A stretch of DNA of 64,000 bases from NCBI GenBank assembly GCA_963711565.1, contig CAVQEQ010000001.1, positions 160,001-224,000 of the forward strand, given 5' to 3'. The notes under the pieces are model-generated. The model was not told the origin of the DNA, ran no database searches, and saw nothing but the letters and a program-made list of their open reading frames with translations. Positions 1-10,287 of the stretch are shown here, one piece after another. This DNA comes from an uncultured delta proteobacterium. GTDB taxonomy: Bacteria; Desulfobacterota; Binatia; Binatales; Binataceae. The first letter of the stretch is position 1, and every line of letters starts with the position of its first letter. A program made the translations under genes and the position numbers.

Positions 1-2
1 CC

Positions 3-80
3 ACGAACCTTCGCGACTCGGATGCCCTTTTCGACCTCAACTTCATCGGCTCCTATACCAAAGGCATCGTGGAGGAGTAG
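3..80 (+). CDS. Possible 3' end of a gene running in from the left edge (TNLRDSDALFDLNFIGSYTKGIVEE*)
   Basis: Open frame with host-like GC3-rich codons ending in TAG at 78-80; product unknown. Confidence 0.4.
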   Translation, partial: TNLRDSDALFDLNFIGSYTKGIVEE

Positions 81-746
81 CAAAAAGAGATGCCTGCGCG
101 CTCGTCATGGTGTGCGCCACGCTTGGCTGCCTGCTCGGCGTCTGACAGATACTTGGCCAACTGCGTCGCGAATTTGTTGAGAAAGATAGGCATCGTCCCT
201 CCGTCAGGCCGTGTATCAACTTGTTTCCTGTATCCGATCCAAAGCAAAAAGCCTAGCTACGGTCGTGTACGTGAGGGCACTTACCAGCTTCTAGCTTCTA
301 CTGATTGCTGGGGCGGGGCAAACAAGTTCGTTTCTGGGGAACTGTGTGAGAGAGCGCTTAGAGCGAAATTCTCCGAAACATCACGTCCCCCTGTCATTTC
401 GACCATCTTTCACGAGTACTCAAAGGCTAGTGTTTGTTTGCTCCCTATGTTCGGTGCACCCAGTGCCCCCCACAGAGGCGGAAAGTTGCCTCAAATGCAT
501 CCCTTGTGGCATACACGAACGAAGCAGTAGGTGGCTAAATCTTTGATTTGTAAAGGGAAAGGCGGCATGGCTCACCTGATTTCGAGTCAGGCCGGTTAAA
601 CCAAACTCCCGAACCTCTCCGCGACAGACGAGCATCGATGTTTGCCCCAGCGCAGTCAAGCCGAAGCGCGCAATGTCGATTTTCCGATCAGACTGGAATT
701 TGCTAGCGTGATTTAGGTTTCGCGCGCGAGACCAGGAGCGCATTTT

Positions 747-1739
747 ATGCCATCGAATTCGATCTCACACCGTATCCCGACCTCATTCGACACCACCTTC
801 CAGCGCTACTACGCGGTCGAGGCTCCCGACCTGCGCCGGCTGTACGAAAACGCCAAGCGCGATCAGTGGAACGCGTCCGCCGACGTGGACTGGACGACCA
901 ACGTTGACCTCGACCGCGGCATCTTCGCCGACGAGCTGGTCGACGGCCACGGCACCCCCACGCTCGACCGGCTCGAGCCGCGCGAGTTCCAGCGCCTCAA
1001 CGTCGAGTTCTCGTGCTGGCGGCTTTCGCAACTGCTCCACGGCGAGGAAGGCGCGATGCTTGCCTGCAGCCAGTTGGTCGACATGGTGCCCGGCAACGAC
1101 GCGAAGTTCTTCCAGGCGACGCAGGTCGTCGATGAAGCGCGCCACGCCGAAGTACTCAGCCGCTACCTGCTCGAGAAATGCGACGGCAAGATCTATCCGA
1201 TGACCGGAAATATCAAGAAGCTCTTCGACTATATCCTCGGCAACGGCAAATGGTTCATCAAAACCGTCGGCCTCCAGTTACTGGCTGAGACGTTCGCCGT
1301 GTCGCTATTCCGGATGCTGATGGAGACGGCGAAGGATCCGCTGCTGCGGGGAATTTGCAAGCGCATCCTGGCCGATGAATCGCGGCACATGGGATTTTCG
1401 ATTCTCAGCCTGCCCGACGAGATTCGCGGGTTGAGCGCCGGCGACCTGCATGAACTCGAAGACTTCACACGCGAGGCGCTGATCCTCGTCATGACCGGGC
1501 AGTTCCCGCGCGAAGCTTACGAAGCAATCGGAATGAGCGCGGCCGACATCGAAGCGGTCCGCCACGCGCGCAAGGAAATCGCGCTCGGCAGCGAGTACGC
1601 GTTGTTCCGCAAACTTTTCCGTCGCGAGATGCATCAGACCGTGGTCAGCAACATGCAGAAGGTCGGGCTGCTGAACGAGCGCACGTCTGCCTTCATGCGC
1701 GAGATGGGAATCAACACCACGCTCGCGGCTGCCGCCTGA
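747..1739 (+). CDS. Ferritin-like diiron protein (AurF/R2-like diiron oxygenase fold)
   Basis: HGEEGA, DEARH, ETFA, DESRH: paired E...ExxH diiron ligands; AGGAG RBS upstream. Confidence 0.8.
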   Translation: MPSNSISHRIPTSFDTTFQRYYAVEAPDLRRLYENAKRDQWNASADVDWTTNVDLDRGIFADELVDGHGTPTLDRLEPREFQRLNVEFSCWRLSQLLHGEEGAMLACSQLVDMVPGNDAKFFQATQVVDEARHAEVLSRYLLEKCDGKIYPMTGNIKKLFDYILGNGKWFIKTVGLQLLAETFAVSLFRMLMETAKDPLLRGICKRILADESRHMGFSILSLPDEIRGLSAGDLHELEDFTREALILVMTGQFPREAYEAIGMSAADIEAVRHARKEIALGSEYALFRKLFRREMHQTVVSNMQKVGLLNERTSAFMREMGINTTLAAAA

Positions 1740-1740
1740 G

Positions 1741-3093
1741 ATGGCGACCGCGCCCAGTCAAAATCGCGGCCGCCTGAACGGGCACGATTGGCGCGCGCAA
1801 CTCGGTGCGCGGCTGGTCGCCGCGGATGAAGCCGTCTCGCATATCAAGTCGGGCGACCGCGTGTGCCTGTCGATCGCGCAACAGACGCCGTTCGAGCTTT
1901 GCCCCGCGCTCGCCGGCCGCCTGATGGAGCTGGAGAACGTCGTCGTCAATCACGGCGCCGCCGTTATGAACTGGGATTTGCCGGGGTTGGGCGAGCGCTT
2001 CCGGCTCGAGTCGATGTACCTGTCGCCGTACGACCGCGCGATTTACCATCGCGGCGCGGCAGAGTTTACGCCGATTGTTTACTACCGCGCCGGGCATTTG
2101 CCGCCTGCGCTCGACAACTTCAACGTGTACCTGATGACGGTGTCGCCGCCCGACGAGCATGGCTACTGCAACTTCGGCGAAGCGCAGATCATGTCCAAGC
2201 TGCTCGCGCGGAATGCGAATCTCGTGATCGCCGAGATCGACAAGAATTCGATTCGCGTCGGCGGCGACAACTCGATCCATATTTCGGAGATAAACTACTT
2301 CGTCGAGCGCACCACCGAGCTGCCGGAAATCAACCTGCCGCAGCCCGGCGAAGAGGAAGCGCGAAATATCGCGGCGGTTTGCGGAATGGTCGCGAAGGAA
2401 CTGATCCCCGATCGCGCGACGTTGCAAATCGGCGTCGGCTCGATGTCCGGAATGCTATGCAAGCATCTCCACGGTCATCATGAGCTTGGGATGCAGACCG
2501 AGATCATTCCGCTCCACACCGCGCCGCTGGTCGAAGCGGGCGTGCTGACCGGCAAACACAAGAAACTCTTTCCAGGATTGGTGGTTGGCGCCGGCTTCGC
2601 GCCGTTGACTCCGCGCGAAGAGTTGGATTTCGTTGATGGCAATCCAGCATTCGCGCTCTACGATTTCAACACCACCGACGACATCCGTTTTGTCGCGCAG
2701 GAAGAGGGGCTTGTCTCCGTCAACAACGCGATGGCGGTTGATTTGACCGGGCAGACCAACGGCGAATCGATCGGACCGCTGATGTACACCGGCACGGGCG
2801 GGCAGACGGCGTTCGTCGTGGCGGCGTGCCTGGCGGGCGGCAAGACGGTGATCGTCGTGCCGTCGAGCTCGATGGTCCATGGCAAGCGCATCTCGCGCAT
2901 CGTGCCGGTGCTCGATCCGGGCAGCGTGGTCACATCGCCGCGCGGCTTCGTCCATCACGTGGTCACGGAGTACGGCATCGCAACACTCAAGGGCAAATCG
3001 ATCCGCCAGCGGATCGACGAGCTGGTCTCGATCGCCCATCCCGACTTCAGATCGGAACTCCGCACCGAAGCGAAACGCCTCTACAAAGTCTGA
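1741..3093 (+). CDS. Acetyl-CoA hydrolase/transferase family (4-hydroxybutyrate CoA-transferase-like)
   Basis: TLQIGVG, NNAMAVDLTGQ, GTGGQ, VVTEYGIA, IAHPDFR motifs. Confidence 0.88.
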   Translation: MATAPSQNRGRLNGHDWRAQLGARLVAADEAVSHIKSGDRVCLSIAQQTPFELCPALAGRLMELENVVVNHGAAVMNWDLPGLGERFRLESMYLSPYDRAIYHRGAAEFTPIVYYRAGHLPPALDNFNVYLMTVSPPDEHGYCNFGEAQIMSKLLARNANLVIAEIDKNSIRVGGDNSIHISEINYFVERTTELPEINLPQPGEEEARNIAAVCGMVAKELIPDRATLQIGVGSMSGMLCKHLHGHHELGMQTEIIPLHTAPLVEAGVLTGKHKKLFPGLVVGAGFAPLTPREELDFVDGNPAFALYDFNTTDDIRFVAQEEGLVSVNNAMAVDLTGQTNGESIGPLMYTGTGGQTAFVVAACLAGGKTVIVVPSSSMVHGKRISRIVPVLDPGSVVTSPRGFVHHVVTEYGIATLKGKSIRQRIDELVSIAHPDFRSELRTEAKRLYKV

Positions 3094-3117
3094 CGAATCG
3101 CGCTCCTCCGGACTCCG

Positions 3118-3708
3118 ATGGTGGAAATTAATCCGACCAGGATTTCCGGCCGCTGGAGCAACGGATTTACGCTCGACGTACATACGACCGGCAGCGAGCT
3201 GCATGGCCACGACGAATATGGACATCCGCAGTTCGCAAGCACGCGTTCCGAACTTGGCGAGCTTCTTTACAGACTCAAGTTTCGACTCGACAAAACCGTC
3301 ATTGCAGAGATCGCCAAGGTCGTTGGCACCTTCGTTGACTCTTATCTTCCGACGGTGGATGTGATTGTCCCGGTACCACCATCGACTCCGCGAACCGAGC
3401 AGCCAGTCATCCTGCTCGCTCGGGCGATTGGAGAACGAATCGGGATTCCGGTGTCCGAAGATTGCGTCTGGAAAGTGCGCGAAACGTCGCAACTCAAAAA
3501 CGTCTTCGACTTCGATCAACGATTCCGTTTGCTCGATGGTGCGTTTGAGGTTGATCCGTCGATAGCCAAAAGCAAGGTCGTATTGCTGTTCGATGATCTT
3601 TACAGGTCGGGCGCTACGTTGAACGCCGTCACCAGCATCTTGTACGATCAAGGTGGCGCCAGAGACGTGCTGGCGCTAACGTTGACGCGAACTCGCAGTC
3701 TCCGATGA
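3118..3708 (+). CDS. ComF-like type I phosphoribosyltransferase
   Basis: IVPVPPS motif and PRPP-binding loop VLLFDDLYRSGATL. Confidence 0.85.
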   Translation: MVEINPTRISGRWSNGFTLDVHTTGSELHGHDEYGHPQFASTRSELGELLYRLKFRLDKTVIAEIAKVVGTFVDSYLPTVDVIVPVPPSTPRTEQPVILLARAIGERIGIPVSEDCVWKVRETSQLKNVFDFDQRFRLLDGAFEVDPSIAKSKVVLLFDDLYRSGATLNAVTSILYDQGGARDVLALTLTRTRSLR

Positions 3709-4253
3709 CAAAAGTATTCATCGCCGGATCCCGGAAAATCTCGAAGCTGAGCGTTGAAGTCCGTCAAAGGCTCGACGAGATAGTGGCGAAGAGCCTGCCC
3801 GTTGTTATCGGCGACGCGTCGGGGGTGGATAAATCGGTCCAGCAATACTTGCACGCGAAGGGTTATCGAGCGGTCGAAGTCTTCTGTTCCGGCACCCGCT
3901 GTCGCAACAATGTTGGGGATTGGCCAACCGTGGAGGTAGCGGTCAATTCAAGCCGGCGCGATTTTGATTTCTATGCGACGAAGGATGTCCGAATGTCGGA
4001 TGAAGCGTCGTTCGGCTTGATGATCTGGGACGGCGAAAGCGCCGGAACCCTGATGAACGTTTTGAGATTGATCAATCGGAACAAAAGCGTGGTGGTTTTC
4101 GAAGCTCCGAAAGGGCGCTTCCGGGAATTGAAAGAAGAATCGGAGTGGAACAGTTTCTTCTCGGAATGTAGCGACGAGGTTAGAGGCCGAATCGAAAAGC
4201 TCTCGACTTCGGATTCAAAAGTCGCGACCCCAGTTCAAGCTTCTCTGCTCTGA
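3705..4253 (+). CDS. SLOG-superfamily (DprA/YspA-like) nucleotide-binding protein
   Basis: N-terminal VFIAGSR, IGDASGVD, IWDGESAGT motifs; ATGA overlap with the PRTase gene. Confidence 0.7.
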   Translation: MTKVFIAGSRKISKLSVEVRQRLDEIVAKSLPVVIGDASGVDKSVQQYLHAKGYRAVEVFCSGTRCRNNVGDWPTVEVAVNSSRRDFDFYATKDVRMSDEASFGLMIWDGESAGTLMNVLRLINRNKSVVVFEAPKGRFRELKEESEWNSFFSECSDEVRGRIEKLSTSDSKVATPVQASLL

Positions 4254-4354
4254 CCGCCGCCGCCACCTACTCACTCACGCTATACAGCCCAGCAACTTTT
4301 CTCGCGCACGTCATTACCAGGCGGAAGCCCGGATGGTTCCTCCACCTCGGTCGC

Positions 4355-5293
4355 TCACTGTCCCTTGCTGCGGCGGTCGTACGAGATGGAGTAGGCCGCC
4401 GATCGAGCCAGTAGAATGGGGTCGGCGGAGAGATCGATACCGTCGATCACGTTGGTGGGATCAAACACAATGCGGCGCTCGTCCTCGATGCTGGTCGGAG
4501 AGATCCGGGATATTTCGAGCCGACCCAACTCGACCTGAGGCCGGTCGGCCGGCCACAAGGCGGTGACATCGTCCGTCGGATCGTTCTGCCCCGCCAGTTG
4601 CAAGAGAAGGCGGAACACGACAGGACCATTCCGCAGGCGGTTCTCCAGCTCCTCGCGCAGAAAGGTCGCGCTGCGCTTGCTCGCATCATCAGGCGAGAGA
4701 TAGGCTTCCCCCGCCTCGGGTATCCAGTGATAGCGGCCGAATCGGCTGGTGCCATCTGCGGCGGTGAATTTATACGCGTGCTCAGCATGGTAGCTGCTCT
4801 GACCGTAGCTAGCCGGCACCGGCTTCTGCGTCAGGCGCTGTATGAACGCGCCGGCGGACGGATGCTTCTCCAGAAAGCGGGGCACCGCGTCGGGTCGGGG
4901 TTGGCCGGTGGCAGGGTCGGGGAGCTGGGCTTGTAGGAACGCGAGGAAATCTTCGGGAGTCCGCGCGAGGAACCCCTCGATAGAGAGCGCGACGATGTCG
5001 GCGTTCTTGCCGTCGGGTAACTGAAACTTTACCGCCATCGCCCGCGCGTTGGGTATGCCGTCGTGCACGTCCGGATTCCCGTGCGCATTAGAGAAGCGGA
5101 TAACTGTTGGGACTGCTTCGCCTTGCAGGTGCTGCGCCCGGCTCACGCCGCGCGCCTGTGGTGCGCCGCGAAATGTGCCGGAGCAGACGACGCCTTTGGC
5201 ATGAACGGCGCGAAAGCCGGGGTGCGATCCGGCGAGCGCGCGCATGGTCTCGACGATTTGAGCAGGGGTACCTGGTGCGGCAGGTGCTGACAT
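4355..5293 (-). CDS. Catalase-related peroxidase (SrpA-like)
   Basis: RAVHAKG, RFS, DPILLARSAAYSISY; ATG at 5293 preceded by GAGGAG. Confidence 0.88.
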   Translation of the reverse strand: MSAPAAPGTPAQIVETMRALAGSHPGFRAVHAKGVVCSGTFRGAPQARGVSRAQHLQGEAVPTVIRFSNAHGNPDVHDGIPNARAMAVKFQLPDGKNADIVALSIEGFLARTPEDFLAFLQAQLPDPATGQPRPDAVPRFLEKHPSAGAFIQRLTQKPVPASYGQSSYHAEHAYKFTAADGTSRFGRYHWIPEAGEAYLSPDDASKRSATFLREELENRLRNGPVVFRLLLQLAGQNDPTDDVTALWPADRPQVELGRLEISRISPTSIEDERRIVFDPTNVIDGIDLSADPILLARSAAYSISYDRRSKGQ

Positions 5294-5353
5294 AGCGGGA
5301 CTCCTCAATTGTTGAAGTTCGGCTTGATACCAAGTTATTTCAAGCGCTGCCCA

Positions 5354-6082
5354 TTACCATTTGCCGACATGCGCACCACCATCGACGTGGAGCACCTCGC
5401 CCGTTACCAGCCGAGCCTCCGTGAGATAGAGCACGGCGTCGGCGATGTCCTGGACATCGCCGACGCGTCCCAGCGGCGACAAGGACTTTAGAGAATCTTC
5501 AGGATCGTCCTTGTGCATCGGAGTAGTGACTACTCCTGGTGCAACCGCGTTCGCGCGAATGCCGTCCTTTGCATATTCCATCGCGAGGCTGCGCGTGATC
5601 GCTTCGATCCCGCCCTTGGTGATCATCGGCACCGAAGCATTCACTCCAGCTATAGGATGTTCGGCCATCGTGGTTGTGATGCTGACGATGCTGCCGCCGG
5701 ATTTCTGCGCGAGCATTTGTTTGATCGCGAGTTGGGTGATGTAGATGAAGCCTTCAAGGTTGGTGGAAGCGAGAGCTTTGAAGTCTTCGGTCGTGTAGCT
5801 GGTGAAGGGCTTGGAGAAGAAGATGCCAGCGTTGTTAACGAGCGCATCGATCGACCTGAATTTGCTCATCGCAGCGTCAACGATCCTTGCCGCGGTCGCA
5901 CTCTCACCAATATCGCCGTCGACCATCGCCAGCTTATCGGACGGTTCGAACGCGCGGGATTTGGTCATGTCCCGGGACGTGGCGACCACGGAGTAGCCTC
6001 GATCCAGAAAAGTCTTCACGAGGGCCGCGCCGATGCCCTGCGAAGCACCGGTTACGATGGCTGTCTTGGGTTCGTTCGGCAT
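5354..6082 (-). CDS. SDR family oxidoreductase
   Basis: TGASQGIG, NNAG, NAVAPG, VDGG. Confidence 0.92.
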   Translation of the reverse strand: MPNEPKTAIVTGASQGIGAALVKTFLDRGYSVVATSRDMTKSRAFEPSDKLAMVDGDIGESATAARIVDAAMSKFRSIDALVNNAGIFFSKPFTSYTTEDFKALASTNLEGFIYITQLAIKQMLAQKSGGSIVSITTTMAEHPIAGVNASVPMITKGGIEAITRSLAMEYAKDGIRANAVAPGVVTTPMHKDDPEDSLKSLSPLGRVGDVQDIADAVLYLTEARLVTGEVLHVDGGAHVGKW

Positions 6083-6184
6083 AGAAGAACTCCCTCGTAT
6101 TAATGTGCGCCGAATTAGAATCCTGTCCTAGAGATTATGAAGGCAATTCAGCCCGACCCGCTGCTTTGGCGTGCAGGATTTTCG

Positions 6185-6388
6185 TTATTCGCGGCGGAAC
6201 GACAGCATCCCAACGAAGCCCGGCGGACGCCATCCGCCGTTCGCGCATGCGTTGCACACGACGTACTGCTTGTGCAATCCGTCCTCGACGCCAGTGAGCG
6301 CGACCGCGCTCTCTGTTGACACCGCCTTCTTGCACGCGACGCAGGTTGCGGTCAGCGCCTTGTTCGCCTTGGCCTTGTCACTCGGCAT
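6185..6388 (-). CDS. Small putative zinc-binding protein (CxxC...CxxC)
   Basis: 67 aa with CVAC and CNAC; co-directional with both neighbours; host-like codon usage. Confidence 0.6.
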   Translation of the reverse strand: MPSDKAKANKALTATCVACKKAVSTESAVALTGVEDGLHKQYVVCNACANGGWRPPGFVGMLSFRRE

Positions 6389-6444
6389 CGCATCCGCACC
6401 ATCTTTCCGAAAATAGCATGTTCATTTCATAGTCCAACATTGGA

Positions 6445-7575
6445 CTATGCCGGGAAAACTATTCGCGCGTTCTCGCCAAGCAGTTTGCGCTGCCGTGCCA
6501 GGCTCAAATTCGAGATTGAATTTCGAATGAGATGCGGCGCTTCGAGGTTGGAGTCGACGTGCGGGAAATCCGAGCCCCATAACACGCGGTCTTCGCCGAG
6601 CAGTTCCATCACCGCGCCTATCGTGCGCTCCTCGGGCTCCGCGACCACCCAGAGGTTGCGGCGGAAGTAATCCGACGGCTTCAACTTCGTCGGATAGGTC
6701 CAGCCGAGCAACTCATACTTCTGATCCATCCGGTCCATGATGTAGGGCGCCCAACCGCATCCCGCCTCGACGCACAAAACCTTGAGGCGCGGGAAGCGAT
6801 CGAACAAACCGTCGGCCACCATCGTCATCGCGGCCGGCACCACCTGCGCGAATCCGCCGAGCGCGAATCCGAACACGGTGCGAAATTCGCCGGGCTGGTA
6901 GAACTGCCCGATGATTCCAGGCGCGCGGTTGAAGCGCACGATCACGTGCAGGCAGGCGGGGATGCCGGCGTCCTCGCACTCGCGCCAAATCGGATCGAAG
7001 TCGGGATGCGAGAAGCGACGCCCGCCGACGTTTTCCGGCGCGAGGAAGATGCCCTTGAAGCCCAGCTTGATGCATCGCTTGAGTTCGACCAGCGCCGACT
7101 CCACGTCCTGCAGCGCGATGTGCGCGATCGGAATTACGCGGCTGCGCACTGTGCTCGCGAAATCGTTGATCCAGTTGTTGTAGGCGCGGACGTAGGCCGC
7201 CGCGAGTTCGTGATCCTCGACATCCCACAGAATCCCGACGGTCGGGAACAGCACGCCCGCGTTGACGCCCCATTCGTCGAGCAGCTTGACGCGAGCGGCG
7301 GGAAGGTAGCTCGCGGGCGGGCATCCGTCCATGTAACCGAGGCGGCCGGGGACGAAGAGTTCCTGGCGCGGCTGATTGGCGCCGCCCAGTCCGGCGAGCA
7401 TCCCCTTCAACAGCGGCTGGTTATCGACCATCAGGACCTCGAAGCCGTCGCCGGGGTCTTTGACGATGCGGATGGCGCGATCGCGAAACTTCGGCTCGAG
7501 ATAGTTTTCCCAGAGATCCGGGGGCTCCATCACGTGCGAGTCGCAATCGATGACAATCGAATCCGTAGCACTCAT
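6445..7575 (-). CDS. Amidohydrolase family protein (Amidohydro_2)
   Basis: IDCDSHVME, CLH, EAGCGW, WGSDFPH. Confidence 0.9.
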   Translation of the reverse strand: MSATDSIVIDCDSHVMEPPDLWENYLEPKFRDRAIRIVKDPGDGFEVLMVDNQPLLKGMLAGLGGANQPRQELFVPGRLGYMDGCPPASYLPAARVKLLDEWGVNAGVLFPTVGILWDVEDHELAAAYVRAYNNWINDFASTVRSRVIPIAHIALQDVESALVELKRCIKLGFKGIFLAPENVGGRRFSHPDFDPIWRECEDAGIPACLHVIVRFNRAPGIIGQFYQPGEFRTVFGFALGGFAQVVPAAMTMVADGLFDRFPRLKVLCVEAGCGWAPYIMDRMDQKYELLGWTYPTKLKPSDYFRRNLWVVAEPEERTIGAVMELLGEDRVLWGSDFPHVDSNLEAPHLIRNSISNLSLARQRKLLGENARIVFPA

Positions 7576-7643
7576 CGCTCAGAATGTAACACGGCGGGAG
7601 GCGATGAACGAACTAACCCCTGCGCCGAGGAGTTCACGACCTA

Positions 7644-8195
7644 CTAGCGGCGGAGTGCGTCGATGACTTTTGTGCCGGCCGGCGGGTCGAGATCCGTTCG
7701 CGTCGTCTCGGTAATCCGCGCCGCCATCATGTAGAAACCGATCGTCAGGATCGTCTCGACGACTTCGCGCGGCGACAGAAATTTCATAAGTTCCTTGACT
7801 GTCGCCTCTTCCGCTTTGACGCGATTCACGACTTCTTCGGTGAAGCGCAGCGACGCGCGCTCGACTTCGCTGAAGCATGGCGCGTCGATTGCACTGCGTT
7901 GGATCGCGTCAACTTGCGCCTGCGTGGCGCCGACCGAGATCGCGATCGGCACGTGCTGAATCCATTCGTACTCGCCGCCTTCAACCTTCGCGACCATCAG
8001 GATGACTAATTCGCGCAGCCTGGCGTCGAGTTTCTGGCGGCTGAGAATGGTGCCGCCCAGACGGGTCAGTGGGATGAAGCAGGTCTCGGCGTTCGCCATC
8101 ATCTTGAAGATGTTGAGCTGAACGGGCGCCTGCGCGATCGCGGTGCGCACCTCTTCGGGCAGACTCGCAATATCGGGATACGGGACCAGGCTCAT
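7644..8195 (-). CDS. Carboxymuconolactone decarboxylase/AhpD-like protein
   Basis: LDARLRELVIL...YEWIQH pattern; AGGAGG RBS. Confidence 0.85.
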   Translation of the reverse strand: MSLVPYPDIASLPEEVRTAIAQAPVQLNIFKMMANAETCFIPLTRLGGTILSRQKLDARLRELVILMVAKVEGGEYEWIQHVPIAISVGATQAQVDAIQRSAIDAPCFSEVERASLRFTEEVVNRVKAEEATVKELMKFLSPREVVETILTIGFYMMAARITETTRTDLDPPAGTKVIDALRR

Positions 8196-8288
8196 GACAA
8201 CCTCCTGAGAGAGAGCGTTCAGACTTGGCGGCGTTTGATCGCACCGCTGTTTTGGTGCAAAGACACTAGCAGACGAGGGTTATATCAG

Positions 8289-9074
8289 ATGGCGCTCAAC
8301 GTCTATGCGTTCACGTGCGGATGGCTGACGATGCCGGCCGCGCTGCTGCTCGCCGGGGAAAAGGGGAGCCTGACGGTGCCGGTGCCTGCGTATCTGATCG
8401 AGCATCCGAAGGGGCGCGCGATCTTCGACAGCGGGCTTCACGTCGAGACGCAAACGGAGCCGAACCGGCGGCTGGGACGGCTCGCGCAGTATCACACGGT
8501 CGGATTCAAAGCCGGCGAGGAGATTGCGACGCGCCTCGAATCGCTCGACGTGGCGCCCTCGAAGATCGATTTCATCATCAACTCACATCTCCATTTCGAT
8601 CATTGCGGCGGCAATGGGCAATTGCCGAACGCGACCTTGCTGATACAGCGCCGCGAGTGGGAAGCCGGCCACAATGCCGAACTGATCGAAAGCGTCTATT
8701 ACAATCCGCACGACTACGACCACGGGCATCAGGTGAAAATGATCGACGGCGAGCACAACGTCTTCGGCGACGGCTCGGTCGTGTGTATCCCGACTCCCGG
8801 CCACACTCCCGGTCATCAGTCGATCCGCGTGCGAATCGGCGGCGACGAAGTCGTGATGACCGGTGACGCATGCTACCTGCGCCGCACGCTCGACGATTTC
8901 CACCTGCCGACCGCGATGTACGATCGCGAGCAGATGCTCGAATCGATACGGCGACTGCGCGCACTACGAGATGGCGGCGCGATGATCATCACAGGTCACG
9001 ACCCCGAGCTGTGGAAGACGATCCCGCAGGCGCCGAACCGGCTCGCGGCGGTGCGGCCCGCAGCCACCGCCTGA
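8289..9074 (+). CDS. N-acyl homoserine lactonase-like metallo-beta-lactamase fold protein
   Basis: SHLHFDHCGG, TPGHTPGH, GDACY, GHD; ATG at 8289 after GAGGG. Confidence 0.85.
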   Translation: MALNVYAFTCGWLTMPAALLLAGEKGSLTVPVPAYLIEHPKGRAIFDSGLHVETQTEPNRRLGRLAQYHTVGFKAGEEIATRLESLDVAPSKIDFIINSHLHFDHCGGNGQLPNATLLIQRREWEAGHNAELIESVYYNPHDYDHGHQVKMIDGEHNVFGDGSVVCIPTPGHTPGHQSIRVRIGGDEVVMTGDACYLRRTLDDFHLPTAMYDREQMLESIRRLRALRDGGAMIITGHDPELWKTIPQAPNRLAAVRPAATA

Positions 9075-9279
9075 AGGAATATCCCGAACGTGTCGATTGT
9101 CCGCGGCCTTCAGGCCTGGAGATCCCATCGGTGGGAGTACGCCCACCTCAAACCTCGAGGCTCACTCGAAGTACAAGCACCAATAATATTTCGGGCCATG
9201 TATGTAGTTTGATTCCCGCCCGACATGAGGCAAGACGCGGACAATATCTGGTAGTGTCCTAATTTGGGCATTAATATAC

Positions 9280-9308
9280 TTGACTCACCACGCTAGTTAT
9301 GCGATGAT
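9280..9308 (+). promoter_or_regulatory. Putative sigma70 promoter for the transposase, -35 inside the left IR
   Basis: TTGACT-17 bp-GATGAT with TG extension, 6 nt before the ATG, no SD (leaderless-type). Confidence 0.5.
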
Positions 9309-9314
9309 TCAAGC

Positions 9315-10253
9315 ATGAACGCACCAAGGACACTACAGGAAGCGATCCTCTACTTCTCCGACCCTGATCGATGCCTCGACTTCATGGTCGATATTCGCTG
9401 GCCGCGTGGCGTCATCTGTCCGACGTGCCGGAGCAGCGAAGTCTATTTCCTGAAATCGCGGCGCGTCTGGAAGTGCAAGAACAAGCATCCCAAGCAGCAA
9501 TTCAGCGCCAAGGTAGGGACGGTATTCGAGGATTCGCCTATCGGTCTGGATAAGTGGTTTGCTGCGGTCTGGATGATCGCCAACTGCAAGAACGGCGTTA
9601 GCTCATACGAGATTCATCGGGCGCTGAAAGTGACGCAAAAGACGGCGTGGTTCATGGACCATCGCATCCGGCTCGCGATGCAGGCTGGATCGTTTGAGAA
9701 GGTAGCAGGGGAGTTTGAAGTAGACGAGTCTTTTATCGGCGGCCTCGCCCGCAACATGCACAAGAACAAGAAGGCAAAGATCACAGGCACGGGCGGGGCC
9801 GGAAAAGCAATCGTGATGGGTCTGCTAGATCGTAAGACGAAAAAGATTCGACTCCGGCACGTCGCCAATACGCAACGCGAGACGCTTCAGGGCGTGGTGC
9901 GCGAGTACGTCGAAGGCGGTTCATACGTCTACAGCGATGCTTGGGTCGCCTACAACGGATTGGATCGCGAGTACATTCATCAGGTGATTGACCACGCCGA
10001 AACCTATGTTAAGGGCAACGTCCATACGAACGGCATTGAGAATTTTTGGAGTCTGCTAAAGCGCGGTCTGAAAGGGACCTACATCAGCGTCGAGCCGTTC
10101 CATCTGTTTCGCTATCTCGATGAACAGGCGTTCCGATTCAACGAGCGCAAACAGAATGACGGCGGACGATTCATCACTGCGATGGAAGGCGTCACGGGCA
10201 AGCGTGTCACTTACGAAAAGCTAACTGGAAAAGCAGAAGAAGCGGTCGCCTGA
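9315..10253 (+). CDS. IS1595 family DDE transposase
   Basis: RWPRGVICPTC zinc ribbon, HTH with VTQKTAWFM, EVDES / YSDAW / HTNGIENFWSLLKR catalytic motifs, YLDEQAFRFN. Confidence 0.95.
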   Translation: MNAPRTLQEAILYFSDPDRCLDFMVDIRWPRGVICPTCRSSEVYFLKSRRVWKCKNKHPKQQFSAKVGTVFEDSPIGLDKWFAAVWMIANCKNGVSSYEIHRALKVTQKTAWFMDHRIRLAMQAGSFEKVAGEFEVDESFIGGLARNMHKNKKAKITGTGGAGKAIVMGLLDRKTKKIRLRHVANTQRETLQGVVREYVEGGSYVYSDAWVAYNGLDREYIHQVIDHAETYVKGNVHTNGIENFWSLLKRGLKGTYISVEPFHLFRYLDEQAFRFNERKQNDGGRFITAMEGVTGKRVTYEKLTGKAEEAVA

Positions 10254-10287
10254 AAGAAGCGACAGAAACGGGGAAAGCGCGGGCGAG

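Noticed and set aside
90-743. ORFs 90-530, 53-247, 346-546 and 420-743 in an AT-richer stretch
   Set aside because: No recognisable motifs or host-like codon bias; may be decayed foreign DNA but cannot be supported
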